DNA of 64,000 nucleotides from assembly GCA_964057225.1 (NCBI GenBank), contig OZ059900.1, positions 3,844,001-3,908,000 on the forward strand, read 5' to 3'. Shown piece after piece: positions 40,570-56,500 of this stretch. The notes under the pieces were generated by a model. It did not search any database and was not told where the DNA came from. It was given only the letters and a program-made list of their open reading frames with translations. The stretch is from Auanema rhodensis. Taxonomy: Eukaryota > Animalia > Nematoda. Numbering within the stretch: position 1 is the first letter of the stretch; the number at the start of each line of letters is the position of its first letter. Both the position numbers and the translations under genes were made by a program.

Positions 40570-43500
40570 AGTATATTTTGTTAAAGGCATAAAAACGACC
40601 ATACTTAGTGTAGTAATGCTATTTGAGCGAAATTCAGTGATTTAAACATCATTAGTGTTTAATTAATGACTTTTGTTGTCATAGACAATAAAACTATGCT
40701 TTTGATCATATATATGAGCGATTTATCCGAATTGGACTCAAAACTCGGAAAATTCAAAAATTCTTTCTATTTTCGACCTTTTTTGATCAAAATGAATAAA
40801 TATCAGTGCAAACTTGTAAAAATAGACTCATTCCGTGTATTATGTGTTTGATTCTCGAATCTTAGCAAATATGATCGAAATTTACAAGTATTACAGATTT
40901 TGTATCAAAAATCGGTGAGTATATTTTGTTAAAGGCATAAAAACGACCATACTTAGTGTAGTAATGCTATTTGAGCGAAATTCAGTGATTTAAACATCAT
41001 TAGTGTTTAATTAATGACTTTCGCTGTCATAGACAATAAAACTATGCTTTTGATCATATATATGAGCGATTTAGCCAAATTGGACTCAAAGCTCGGAAAA
41101 TTCAAAAATTCTTTCTATTTTCGACCTTTTTTGATCAAAATGAATAAATATCAGTGCAAACTTGTAAAAATAGACTTATTTCGTGTTTTATGTGTTTGAT
41201 TCTCGAATCTTAGCAAATTTGATCGAAATTTACAAGTATTACAGATTTTGTACCAAAAATCGGTGAGTATATGGTGTTAAAGGCAAAAAACGACCATACT
41301 TAGTGTAGTAATGCTATTTGAGCGAAATTCAGTGATTTAAACATTATTAGTGTTTAATTAATGACTTTTGTTGTTATAGACAATAAAACTATGCTTTTGA
41401 TCATATATATGAGCGATTTATACAAATTGGACTCAAAACTCGGAAATTTCAAAAATTCTTTCTATTTTCGACCTTTTTTGATCAAAATGAATAAATATCA
41501 GTGCAGACTCATGAAAATAGACTGATTCTGTGTATTGTGTGTTTGATTCTCAAATCGTAACAAATATGATCAAAATTTACGAGTATCACAGAATTTGTAC
41601 CAAAAATCGGTGAGTATATGGTGTTAAAGGCAAAAAACGACCATACTTAGTGTAGTAATGCTATTTAAGCGAAATTCAGTGATTTAAACATCATTTATGT
41701 TTAATTAATGACTTTTGTTGTCATAGACAATAAAACTATGCCTTTGATCATATATATGAGCGATTTATACAAATTGGACTCAAAACTCGGAAAATTCAAA
41801 AATTCTGTCTATTTTCGACCTTTTTTGATCAAAATGAATAAATATTAGTGCAAACTCATAAAAATAGACTGATTCTGTGTATTGTGTATTTGATTCTCAA
41901 ATCGTAACAAATATGATCAAAATTTACGAGTATCACAGAATTTGTACCAAAAATCGGTGAGTATATGGTGTTAAAGGCATAAAAACGACCATACTTAGTG
42001 TAGTAATGCTATTTGAGCGAAATTCAGTGATTTAAACATCATTAGTGTTTAATTAATGACTTTTGTTGTTATAGACGATGAAACTATGATTTTGATCATA
42101 TATATGAGCGATTTAGCCAAATTGGACTCAAAACTCGGAAATTTCAAAAATTCTTTCTATTTTCGACCTTTTTTGATCAAAATGAATAAATATCAGTGCA
42201 GACACATGAAAATAGACTGATTCTGTGTATTGTGTGTTTGATTCTCAAATCGTAACAAATATGATCAAAATTTACGAGTATCACAGAATTTGTACCAAAA
42301 ATCGGTGAGTATATGGTGTTAAAGGCAAAAAACGACCATACTTAGTGTAGTAATGCTATTTGAGCGAAATTCAGTTATTTAAACATCATTAGTGTTTAAT
42401 TAATGACTTTTGTTGTTATAGACAATAAAACTATGCTTTTGATCGTATATATGAGCGATTTATACAAATTGGACTCAAAACTCGGAAAATTCAAAAATTC
42501 TGTCTATTTTCGACCTTTTTTGATCAAAATGAATAAATATTAGTGCAAACTCATAAAAATAGACTGATTTTGTATATTGTGTGTTTGATTCTCAAATCGT
42601 AACAAATATGATCAAAATTTACGAGTATCACAGAATTTGTACCAAAAATCGGTGAGTATATGGTGTTAAAGGCAAAAAACGACCATACTTAGTGTAGTAA
42701 TGCTATTTGAGCGAAATTCAGTGATTTAAACATTTTTAGTGTATATTTGGAGACTTTCGTTATCACAGACAATAAAACTATGCTTTTGATCATAGATATG
42801 AGCGATTTAGCCAAATTGGACTCAAAACTCGGAAAATTCAAAAATTCTTTCTATTTTCGACCTTTTTTGATCAAAATGAATAAATATCAGTGCAAACTTG
42901 TAAAAATAGACTTATTCCGTGTATTATGTGTTTGATTCTCGAATCTTAGCAAATATGATCAAAATTTACAAGTATTACAGATTTTGTACCAAAAATCGGT
43001 GAGTATATGGTGTTAGAGGCATAAAAACGACCATACTTAGTGTAGTAATGCTTTTTAAGCGAAATTCAGTGATTTAAACATCATTAATGTTTAATTAATG
43101 ACTTTTGTTGTCATAGACAATAAAACTATGCTTTTGATCATATATATGAGCGATTTAGCCGAATTGGACTCAAAACTCGGAAAATTCAAAAATTCTGTCT
43201 ATTTTCGACCTTTTTTGATCAAAATGAATAAATATTAGTGCAAACTCATAAAAATAGACTGATTTGGTGTATTGTGTGTTTGATTCTCAAATCGTAACAA
43301 ATATGATCAAAATTTACGAGTATCACAGAATTTGTAACCAAAAATCGGTGAGTATATTTTGTTAAAGGCATAAAAACGACCATACTTAGTGTAGTAATGC
43401 TATTTGAGCGAAATTCAGTGATTTAAACATCATTAGTGTTTAATTAATGACTTTTGTTGTCATAGACAATAAAACTATGCTTTTGATCATATATATGAGC

Positions 43501-46200
43501 GATTTATCCGAATTGGACTCAAAACTCGGAAAATTCAAAAATTCTTTCTATTTTCGACCTTTTTTGATCAAAATGAATAAATATCAGTGCAAACTTGTAA
43601 AAATAGACTCATTCCGTGTATTATGTGTTTGATTCTCGAATCTTAGCAAATATGATCGAAATTTACAAGTATTACAGATTTTGTATCAAAAATCGGTGAG
43701 TATATTTTGTTAAAGGCATAAAAACGACCATACTTAGTGTAGTAATGCTATTTGAGCGAAATTCAGTGATTTAAACATCATTAGTGTTTAATTAATGACT
43801 TTCGCTGTCATAGACAATAAAACTATGCTTTTGATCATATATATGAGCGATTTAGCCAAATTGGACTCAAAACTCGGAAAATTCAAAAATTCTTTCTATT
43901 TTCGACCTTTTTTGATCAAAATGAATAAATATCAGTGCAAACTTGTAAAAATAGACTTATTTCGTGTTTTATGTGTTTGATTCTCGAATCTTAGCAAATT
44001 TGATCGAAATTTACAAGTATTACAGATTTTGTACCAAAAATCGGTGAGTATATGGTGTTAAAGGCAAAAAACGACCATACTTAGTGTAGTAATGCTATTT
44101 GAGCGAAATTCAGTGATTTAAACATTATTAGTGTTTAATTAATGACTTTTGTTGTTATAGACAATAAAACTATGCTTTTGATCATATATATGAGCGATTT
44201 ATACAAATTGGACTCAAAACTCGGAAATTTCAAAAATTCTTTCTATTTTCGACCTTTTTTGATCAAAATGAATAAATATCAGTGCAGACTCATGAAAATA
44301 GACTGATTTTGTGTATTGTGTGTTTGATTCTCAAATCGTAACAAATATGATCAAAATTTACGAGTATCACAGATTTTGTACCAAAAATCGGTGAATCTAT
44401 GGTGTTAAAGGTATAAAAACGACCATACTTAGTGTAGTAATGCTATTTAAGCGAAATTCAGTGATTTAAACATCATTTATGTTTAATTAATGACTTTTGT
44501 TGTCATAGACAATAAAACTATGCCTTTGATCATATATATGAGCGATTTATACAAATTGGACTCAAAACTCGGAAAATTCAAAAATTCTGTCTATTTTCGA
44601 CCTTTTTTGATCAAAATGAATAAATATTAGTGCAAACTCATAAAAATAGACTGATTCTGTGTATTGTGTATTTGATTCTCAAATCGTAACAAATATGATC
44701 AAAATTTACGAGTATCACAGAATTTGTACCAAAAATCGGTGAGTATATGGTGTTAAAGGCATAAAAACGACCATACTTAGTGTAGTAATGCTATTTGAGC
44801 GAAATTCAGTGATTTAAACATCATTAATGTTTAATTAATGACTTTTGTTGTTATAGACGATGAAACTATGATTTTGATCATATATATGAGCGATTTAGCC
44901 AAATTGGACTCAAAACTCGGAAATTTCAAAAATTCTTTCTATTTTCGACCTTTTTTGATCAAAATGAATAAATATCAGTGCAGACACATGAAAATAGACT
45001 GATTCTGTGTATTGTGTGTTTGATTCTCAAATCGTAACAAATATGATCAAAATTTACGAGTATCACAGAATTTGTACCAAAAATCGGTGAGTATATGGTG
45101 TTAAAGGCAAAAAACGACCATACTTAGTGTAGTAATGCTATTTGAGCGAAATTCAGTTATTTAAACATCATTAGTGTTTAATTAATGACTTTTGTTGTTA
45201 TAGACAATAAAACTATGCTTTTGATCGTATATATGAGCGATTTATACAAATTGGACTCAAAACTCGGAAAATTCAAAAATTCTGTCTATTTTCGACCTTT
45301 TTTGATCAAAATGAATAAATATTAGTGCAAACTCATAAAAATAGACTGATTTTGTATATTGTGTGTTTGATTCTCAAATCGTAACAAATATGATCAAAAT
45401 TTACGAGTATCACAGAATTTGTACCAAAAATCGGTGAGTATATGGTGTTAAAGGCAAAAAACGACCATACTTAGTGTAGTAATGCTATTTGAGCGAAATT
45501 CAGTGATTTAAACATTATTAGTGTATATTTGGAGACTTTCGTTATCACAGACAATAAAACTATGCTTTTGATCATAGATATGAGCGATTTAGCCAAATTG
45601 GACTCAAAACTCGGAAAATTCAAAAATTCTTTCTATTTTCGACCTTTTTTGATCAAAATGAATAAATATCAGTGCAAACTTGTAAAAATAGACTTATTCC
45701 GTGTATTATGTGTTTGATTCTCGAATCTTAGCAAATATGATCAAAATTTACAAGTATTACAGATTTTGTACCAAAAATCGGTGAGTATATGGTGTTAGAG
45801 GCATAAAAACGACCATACTTAGTGTAGTAATGCTTTTTAAGCGAAATTCAGTGATTTAAACATCATTAATGTTTAATTAATGACTTTTGTTGTCATAGAC
45901 AATAAAACTATGCTTTTGATCATATATATGAGCGATTTAGCCGAATTGGACTCAAAACTCGGAAAATTCAAAAATTCTGTCTATTTTCGACCTTTTTTGA
46001 TCAAAATGAATAAATATTAGTGCAAACTCATAAAAATAGACTGATTTGGTGTATTGTGTGTTTGATTCTCAAATCGTAACAAATATGATCAAAATTTACG
46101 AGTATCACAGAATTTGTAACCAAAAATCGGTGAGTATATTTTGTTAAAGGCATAAAAACGACCATACTTAGTGTAGTAATGCTATTTGAGCGAAATTCAG
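40570..46200. repeat. 8-monomer (~2,781 bp) higher-order tandem duplication
   Basis: ORF pairs are 40666/43447, 41014/43795 and 42747/45529. Shared variants include CATTCCGTG, GTGTTTTATG, GCAAATTTGATCG and GATTTGGTG. Confidence 0.8.
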
Positions 46201-47599
46201 TGATTTAAACATCATTAGTGTTTAATTAATGACTTTCGTTGTCATAGACAATAAAACTATGCTTTTGATCATATATATGAGCGATTTATCCAAATTGGAC
46301 TCAAAACTCGGAAAATTCAAAAATTCTTTCTATTTTCGACCTTTTTTGATCAAAATGAATAAATATCAGTGCAAACTCATAAAAATAGACTGATTTTGTG
46401 TATTGTGTGTTTGATTCTCAAATCTTAACAAATATGATCAAAATTTACGAGTATCACAGATTTTGTACCAAAAATCGGTGAGTATATGGTGTTAAAGGCA
46501 AAAAACGACCATACTTAGTGTAGTAATGCTATTTGAGCGAAATTCAGTGATTTAAACATTATTAGTGTTTAATCAGTGACTTTTGTTGTCATAGAAAATG
46601 AAACTATGCTTTTTATCATATATATGAGCGATTTAGCCAAATTGGACTCAAAACTCGGAAAATTCAAAAATTCTTTCTATTTTCGACCTTTTTTGATCAA
46701 AATGAATAAATATCAGTGCAAACCCGTAAAAATATACTGATTTCGGTATTGTGTGTTTGATTCTCGAATCTTACCGAATATGATCGAATTTTACGAGTAT
46801 TACAGATTTTGTACCAAAAATCGGTGAGTATATGGTGTTAGAGGCATAAAAACGACCATACTTAGTGTAGTAATGCTATTTGAGCGAAATTCAGTGATTC
46901 AAACATCATTAGTGTTTAATCAATGACTTTTGTTGTCATAGACAATAAAACTATGCTTTTGATCATATATATGAGCGATTAACCAAATTGGACTCAAAAC
47001 TCGGAAAATTCAAAAATTCTTTCTATTTTCGACCTTTTTTGATCAAAATGAATAAATATCAGTGCAAACTCATAAAAATAGACTGATTTTGTGTATTGTG
47101 TGTTTGATTCTCAAATCTTAACAAATATGATCAAAATTTACGAGTATCACAGATTTTGTACCAAAAATCGGTGAGTATATGGTGTTAAAGGCAAAAAACG
47201 ACCATACTTAGTGTAGTAATGCTATTTGAGCGAAATTCAGTGATTTAAACATTATTAGTGTTTAATCAGTGACTTTTGTTGTCATAGAAAATGAAACTAT
47301 GCTTTTTATCATATATATGAGCGATTTAGCCAAATTGGACTCAAAACTCGGAAAATTCAAAAATTCTTTCTATTTTCGACCTTTTTTGATCAAAATGAAT
47401 AAATATCAGTGCAAACCCGTAAAAATATACTGATTTCGGTATTGTGTGTTTGATTCTCGAATCTTACCGAATATGATCGAATTTTACGAGTATTACAGAT
47501 TTTGTACCAAAAATCGGTGAGTATATGGTGTTAGAGGCATAAAAACGACCATACTTAGTGTAGTAATGCTATTTGAGCGAAATTCAGTGATTCAAACAT

Positions 47600-50500
47600 C
47601 ATTAGTGTTTAATCAATGACTTTTGTTGTCATAGACAATAAAACTATGCTTTTGATCATATATATGAGCGATTAACCAAATTGGACTCAAAACTCGGAAA
47701 ATTCAAAAATTCTTTCTATTTTCGACCTTTTTTGATCAAAATGAATAAATATCAGTGCAAACCCGTAAAAATATACTGATTTCGGTATTGTGTGTTTGAT
47801 TCTCGAATCTTACCGAATATGATCAAAATTTACGAGTATCACAGATTTTGTACCAAAAATCGGTGAGTATATGGTGTTAAAGGCATAGAAACGACCATAC
47901 TTAGTGTAGTAATGCTATTTGAGCGAAATTAAGTGATTTTAACATCACTAGCGTTTAATTGATGACTTTTGTTGTCATAGACAATAAAACTATGCTTTTG
48001 ATCATATATATGAGCGATTAACCAAATTGGACTCAAAACTCGGAAATTTCAAAAATTCTTTCTATTTTCGACCTTTTTTGATTAAAATGAATAAATATCA
48101 GTGTAAACTCGTAAAAATAGACTGATTTTGTGTATTGTGTGTTTGATTCTCAAATCTTAACAAATATGATCAAAATTTACAAGTATTACAGATTTTGTAC
48201 CAAAAATCGGTGAGTATATTTTGTTAAAGGCATAAAAACGACCATACTTAGTGTAGTAATGCTATTTAAGCGAAATTCAGTGATTTAAACATCATTTATG
48301 TTTAATTAATGACTTTTGTTGTCATAGACAATAAAACTATGCCTTTGATCATATATATGAGCGATTTATACAAATTGGACTCAAAACTCGGAAAATTCAA
48401 AAATTCTGTCTATTTTCGACCTTTTTTGATCAAAATGAATAAATATTAGTGCAAACTCATAAAAATAGACTGATTCTGTGTATTGTGTATTTGATTCTCA
48501 AATCGTAACAAATATGATCAAAATTTACGAGTATCACAGAATTTGTACCAAAAATCGGTGAGTATATGGTGTTAAAGGCATAAAAACGACCATACTTAGT
48601 GTAGTAATGCTATTTGAGCGAAATTCAGTGATTTAAACATCATTAGTGTTTAATTAATGACTTTTGTTGTTATAGACGATGAAACTATGATTTTGATCAT
48701 ATATATGAGCGATTTAGCCAAATTGGACTCAAAACTCGGAAATTTCAAAAATTCTTTCTATTTTCGACCTTTTTTGATCAAAATGAATAAATATCAGTGC
48801 AGACACATGAAAATAGACTGATTCTGTGTATTGTGTGTTTGATTCTCAAATCGTAACAAATATGATCAAAATTTACGAGTATCACAGAATTTGTACCAAA
48901 AATCGGTGAGTATATGGTGTTAAAGGCAAAAAACGACCATACTTAGTGTAGTAATGCTATTTGAGCGAAATTCAGTTATTTAAACATCATTAGTGTTTAA
49001 TTAATGACTTTTGTTGTTATAGACAATAAAACTATGCTTTTGATCGTATATATGAGCGATTTATACAAATTGGACTCAAAACTCGGAAAATTCAAAAATT
49101 CTGTCTATTTTCGACCTTTTTTGATCAAAATGAATAAATATTAGTGCAAACTCATAAAAATAGACTGATTTTGTATATTGTGTGTTTGATTCTCAAATCG
49201 TAACAAATATGATCAAAATTTACGAGTATCACAGAATTTGTACCAAAAATCGGTGAGTATATGGTGTTAAAGGCAAAAAACGACCATACTTAGTGTAGTA
49301 ATGCTATTTGAGCGAAATTCAGTGATTTAAACATTATTAGTGTATATTTGGAGACTTTCGTTATCACAGACAATAAAACTATGCTTTTGATCATAGATAT
49401 GAGCGATTTAGCCAAATTGGACTCAAAACTCGGAAAATTCAAAAATTCTTTCTATTTTCGACCTTTTTTGATCAAAATGAATAAATATCAGTGCAAACTT
49501 GTAAAAATAGACTGATTTTGTGTATTGTGTGTTTGATTCTCAAATCTTAACAAATATGATCAAAATTTACAAGTATTACAGATTTTGTACCAAAAATCGG
49601 TGAGTATATTTTGTTAAAGGCATAAAAACGACCATACTTAGTGTAGTAATGCTATTTAAGCGAAATTCAGTGATTTAAACATCATTTATGTTTAATTAAT
49701 GACTTTTGTTGTCATAGACAATAAAACTATGCCTTTGATCATATATATGAGCGATTTATACAAATTGGACTCAAAACTCGGAAAATTCAAAAATTCTGTC
49801 TATTTTCGACCTTTTTTGATCAAAATGAATAAATATTAGTGCAAACTCATAAAAATAGACTGATTCTGTGTATTGTGTATTTGATTCTCAAATCGTAACA
49901 AATATGATCAAAATTTACGAGTATCACAGAATTTGTACCAAAAATCGGTGAGTATATGGTGTTAAAGGCATAAAAACGACCATACTTAGTGTAGTAATGC
50001 TATTTGAGCGAAATTCAGTGATTTAAACATCATTAGTGTTTAATTAATGACTTTTGTTGTTATAGACGATGAAACTATGATTTTGATCATATATATGAGC
50101 GATTTAGCCAAATTGGACTCAAAACTCGGAAATTTCAAAAATTCTTTCTATTTTCGACCTTTTTTGATCAAAATGAATAAATATCAGTGCAGACACATGA
50201 AAATAGACTGATTCTGTGTATTGTGTGTTTGATTCTCAAATCGTAACAAATATGATCAAAATTTACGAGTATCACAGAATTTGTACCAAAAATCGGTGAG
50301 TATATGGTGTTAAAGGCAAAAAACGACCATACTTAGTGTAGTAATGCTATTTGAGCGAAATTCAGTTATTTAAACATCATTAGTGTTTAATTAATGACTT
50401 TTGTTGTTATAGACAATAAAACTATGCTTTTGATCGTATATATGAGCGATTTATACAAATTGGACTCAAAACTCGGAAAATTCAAAAATTCTGTCTATTT

Positions 50501-53500
50501 TCGACCTTTTTTGATCAAAATGAATAAATATTAGTGCAAACTCATAAAAATAGACTGATTTTGTATATTGTGTGTTTGATTCTCAAATCGTAACAAATAT
50601 GATCAAAATTTACGAGTATCACAGAATTTGTACCAAAAATCGGTGAGTATATGGTGTTAAAGGCAAAAAACGACCATACTTAGTGTAGTAATGCTATTTG
50701 AGCGAAATTCAGTGATTTAAACATTATTAGTGTATATTTGGAGACTTTCGTTATCACAGACAATAAAACTATGCTTTTGATCATAGATATGAGCGATTTA
50801 GCCAAATTGGACTCAAAACTCGGAAAATTCAAAAATTCTTTCTATTTTCGACCTTTTTTGATCAAAATGAATAAATATCAGTGCAAACTTGTAAAAATAG
50901 ACTTATTCCGTGTATTATGTGTTTGATTCTCGAATCTTAGCAAATATGATCAAAATTTACAAGTATTACAGATTTTGTACCAAAAATCGGTGAGTATATG
51001 GTGTTAGAGGCATAAAAACGACCATACTTAGTGTAGTAATGCTTTTTAAGCGAAATTCAGTGATTTAAACATCATTAATGTTTAATTAATGACTTTTGTT
51101 GTCATAGACAATAAAACTATGCTTTTGATCATATATATGAGCGATTTAGCCGAATTGGACTCAAAACTCGGAAAATTCAAAAATTCTGTCTATTTTCGAC
51201 CTTTTTTGATCAAAATGAATAAATATTAGTGCAAACTCATAAAAATAGACTGATTTGGTGTATTGTGTGTTTGATTCTCAAATCGTAACAAATATGATCA
51301 AAATTTACGAGTATCACAGAATTTGTAACCAAAAATCGGTGAGTATATTTTGTTAAAGGCATAAAAACGACCATACTTAGTGTAGTAATGCTATTTGAGC
51401 GAAATTCAGTGATTTAAACATCATTAGTGTTTAATTAATGACTTTCGTTGTCATAGACAATAAAACTATGCTTTTGATCATATATATGAGCGATTTATCC
51501 AAATTGGACTCAAAACTCGGAAAATTCAAAAATTCTTTCTATTTTCGACCTTTTTTGATCAAAATGAATAAATATCAGTGCAAACTCATAAAAATAGACT
51601 GATTTTGTGTATTGTGTGTTTGATTCTCAAATCTTAACAAATATGATCAAAATTTACGAGTATCACAGATTTTGTACCAAAAATCGGTGAGTATATGGTG
51701 TTAAAGGCAAAAAACGACCATACTTAGTGTAGTAATGCTATTTGAGCGAAATTCAGTGATTTAAACATTATTAGTGTTTAATCAGTGACTTTTGTTGTCA
51801 TAGAAAATGAAACTATGCTTTTTATCATGTATATGAGCGATTTAGCCAAATTGGACTCAAAACTCGGAAAATTCAAAAATTCTTTCTATTTTCGACCTTT
51901 TTTGATCAAAATGAATAAATATCAGTGCAAACCCGTAAAAATATACTGATTTCGGTATTGTGTGTTTGATTCTCGAATCTTACCGAATATGATCGAATTT
52001 TACGAGTATTACAGATTTTGTACCAAAAATCGGTGAGTATATGGTGTTAGAGGCATAAAAACGACCATACTTAGTGTAGTAATGCTATTTGAGCGAAATT
52101 CAGTGATTCAAACATCATTAGTGTTTAATCAATGACTTTTGTTGTCATAGACAATAAAACTATGCTTTTGATCATATATATGAGCGATTAACCAAATTGG
52201 ACTCAAAACTCGGAAAATTCAAAAATTCTTTCTATTTTCGACCTTTTTTGATCAAAATGAATAAATATCAGTGCAAACTCATAAAAATAGACTGATTTTG
52301 TGTATTGTGTGTTTGATTCTCAAATCTTAACAAATATGATCAAAATTTACGAGTATCACAGATTTTGTACCAAAAATCGGTGAGTATATGGTGTTAAAGG
52401 CAAAAAACGACCATACTTAGTGTAGTAATGCTATTTGAGCGAAATTCAGTGATTTAAACATTATTAGTGTTTAATCAGTGACTTTTGTTGTCATAGAAAA
52501 TGAAACTATGCTTTTTATCATATATATGAGCGATTTAGCCAAATTGGACTCAAAACTCGGAAAATTCAAAAATTCTTTCTATTTTCGACCTTTTTTGATC
52601 AAAATGAATAAATATCAGTGCAAACCCGTAAAAATATACTGATTTCGGTATTGTGTGTTTGATTCTCGAATCTTACCGAATATGATCGAATTTTACGAGT
52701 ATTACAGATTTTGTACCAAAAATCGGTGAGTATATGGTGTTAGAGGCATAAAAACGACCATACTTAGTGTAGTAATGCTATTTGAGCGAAATTCAGTGAT
52801 TCAAATATCATTAGTGTTTAATCAATGACTTTTGTTGTCATAGACAATAAAACTATGCTTTTGATCATATATATGAGCGATTAACCAAATTGGACTCAAA
52901 ACTCGGAAAATTCAAAAATTCTTTCTATTTTCGACCTTTTTTGATCAAAATGAATAAATATCAGTGCAAACCCGTAAAAATATACTGATTTCGGTATTGT
53001 GTGTTTGATTCTCGAATCTTACCGAATATGATCAAAATTTACGAGTATCACAGATTTTGTACCAAAAATCGGTGAGTATATGGTGTTAAAGGCATAGAAA
53101 CGACCATACTTAGTGTAGTAATGCTATTTGAGCGAAATTAAGTGATTTTAACATCACTAGCGTTTAATTGATGACTTTTGTTGTCATAGACAATAAAACT
53201 ATGCTTTTGATCATATATATGAGCGATTAACCAAATTGGACTCAAAACTCGGAAATTTCAAAAATTCTTTCTATTTTCGACCTTTTTTGATTAAAATGAA
53301 TAAATATCAGTGTAAACTCGTAAAAATAGACTGATTTTGTGTATTGTGTGTTTGATTCTCAAATCTTAACAAATATGATCAAAATTTACAAGTATTACAG
53401 ATTTTGTACCAAAAATCGGTGAGTATATTTTGTTAAAGGCATAAAAACGACCATACTTAGTGTAGTAATGCTATTTGAGCGAAATTCAGTGATTCAAACA

Positions 53501-56500
53501 TCATTAGTGTTTAATCAATGACTTTTGTTGTCATAGACAATAAAACTATGCTTTTGATCATATATATGAGCGATTTAGCCAAATTGGACTCAAAACTCGG
53601 AAAATTCAAAAATTCTTTCTATTTTCGACCTTTTTTGATCAAAATGAATAAATATCAGTGCAAACTCATAAAAATAGACTGATTTTGTGTATTGTGTGTT
53701 TGATTCTCAAATCTTAACAAATATGATCAAAATTTACGAGTATCACAGATTTTGTAACCAAAAATCGGTGAGTATATGGTGTTAAAGGCAAAAAACGACC
53801 ATACTTAGTGTAGTAATGCTATTTGAGCGAAATTCAGTGATTTAAACATTATTAGTGTTTAATCAGTGACTTTTGTTGTCATAGAAAATGAAACTATGCT
53901 TTTTATCATATATATGAGCGATTAACCAAATTGGACTCAAAACTCGGAAATTTCAAAAATTCTTTCTATTTTCGACCTTTTTTGATCAAAATGAATAAAT
54001 ATCAGTGCAGACTCATGAAAATAGACTGATTTTGTGTATTGTGTGTTTGATTCTCAAATCTTACCGAATATGATCGAATTTTACGAGTATTACAGATTTT
54101 GTACCAAAAATCGGTGAGTATATGGTGTTAGAGGCATAAAAACGACCATACTTAGTGTAGTAATGGTATTTGAGCGAAATTCAGTGATTCAAACATCATT
54201 AGTGTTTAATCAATGACTTTTGTTGTCATAGACAATAAAACTATGCTTTTGATCATATATATGAGCGATTTAGCCAAATTGGACTCAAAACTCGGAAAAT
54301 TCAAAAATTCTTTCTATTTTCGACCTTTTTTGATCAAAATGAATAAATATCAGTGCAAACTCATAAAAATAGACTGATTTTGTGTATTGTGTGTTTGATT
54401 CTCAAATCTTAACAAATATGATCAAAATTTACGAGTATCACAGATTTTGTAACCAAAAATCGGTGAGTATATGGTGTTAAAGGCAAAAAACGACCATACT
54501 TAGTGTAGTAATGCTATTTGAGCGAAATTCAGTGATTTAAACATTATTAGTGTTTAATCAATGACTTTTGTTGTCATAGACAATAAAACTATGCTTTTGA
54601 TCATATATATGAGCGATTAACCAAATTGGACTCAAAACTCGGAAAATTCAAAAATTCTTTCTATTTTCGACCTTTTTTGATCAAAATGAATAAATATCAG
54701 TGCAAACCCGTAAAAATATACTGATTTCGGTATTGTGTGTTTGATTCTCGAATCTTACCGAATATGATCAAAATTTACGAGTATCACAGATTTTGTACCA
54801 AAAATCGGTGAGTATATGGTGTTAAAGGCATAGAAACGACCATACTTAGTGTAGTAATGCTATTTGAGCGAAATTAAGTGATTTTAACATCACTAGCGTT
54901 TAATTGATGACTTTTGTTGTCATAGACAATAAAACTATGCTTTTGATCATATATATGAGCGATTAACCAAATTGGACTCAAAACTCGGAAATTTCAAAAA
55001 TTCTTTCTATTTTCGACCTTTTTTGATTAAAATGAATAAATATCAGTGTAAACTCGTAAAAATAGACTGATTTTGTGTATTGTGTGTTTGATTCTCAAAT
55101 CTTAACAAATATGATCAAAATTTACAAGTATTACAGATTTTGTACCAAAAATCGGTGAGTATATTTTGTTAAAGGCATAAAAACGACCATACTTAGTGTA
55201 GTAATGCTATTTGAGCGAAATTCAGTGATTCAAACATCATTAGTGTTTAATCAATGACTTTTGTTGTCATAGACAATAAAACTATGCTTTTGATCATATA
55301 TATGAGCGATTTAGCCAAATTGGACTCAAAACTCGGAAAATTCAAAAATTCTTTCTATTTTCGACCTTTTTTGATCAAAATGAATAAATATCAGTGCAAA
55401 CTCATAAAAATAGACTGATTTTGTGTATTGTGTGTTTGATTCTCAAATCTTAACAAATATGATCAAAATTTACGAGTATCACAGATTTTGTAACCAAAAA
55501 TCGGTGAGTATATGGTGTTAAAGGCAAAAAACGACCATACTTAGTGTAGTAATGCTATTTGAGCGAAATTCAGTGATTTAAACATTATTAGTGTTTAATC
55601 AGTGACTTTTGTTGTCATAGAAAATGAAACTATGCTTTTTATCATATATATGAGCGATTAACCAAATTGGACTCAAAACTCGGAAATTTCAAAAATTCTT
55701 TCTATTTTCGACCTTTTTTGATCAAAATGAATAAATATCAGTGCAGACTCATGAAAATAGACTGATTTTGTGTATTGTGTGTTTGATTCTCAAATCTTAC
55801 CGAATATGATCGAATTTTACGAGTATTACAGATTTTGTACCAAAAATCGGTGAGTATATGGTGTTAGAGGCATAAAAACGACCATACTTAGTGTAGTAAT
55901 GGTATTTGAGCGAAATTCAGTGATTCAAACATCATTAGTGTTTAATCAATGACTTTTGTTGTCATAGACAATAAAACTATGCTTTTGATCATATATATGA
56001 GCGATTTAGCCAAATTGGACTCAAAACTCGGAAAATTCAAAAATTCTTTCTATTTTCGACCTTTTTTGATCAAAATGAATAAATATCAGTGCAAACTCAT
56101 AAAAATAGACTGATTTTGTGTATTGTGTGTTTGATTCTCAAATCTTAACAAATATGATCAAAATTTACGAGTATCACAGATTTTGTAACCAAAAATCGGT
56201 GAGTATATGGTGTTAAAGGCAAAAAACGACCATACTTAGTGTAGTAATGCTATTTGAGCGAAATTCAGTGATTTAAACATTATTAGTGTTTAATCAATGA
56301 CTTTTGTTGTCATAGACAATAAAACTATGCTTTTGATCATATATATGAGCGATTAACCAAATTGGACTCAAAACTCGGAAAATTCAAAAATTCTTTCTAT
56401 TTTCGACCTTTTTTGATCAAAATGAATAAATATCAGTGCAAACCCGTAAAAATATACTGATTTCGGTATTGTGTGTTTGATTCTCGAATCTTACCGAATA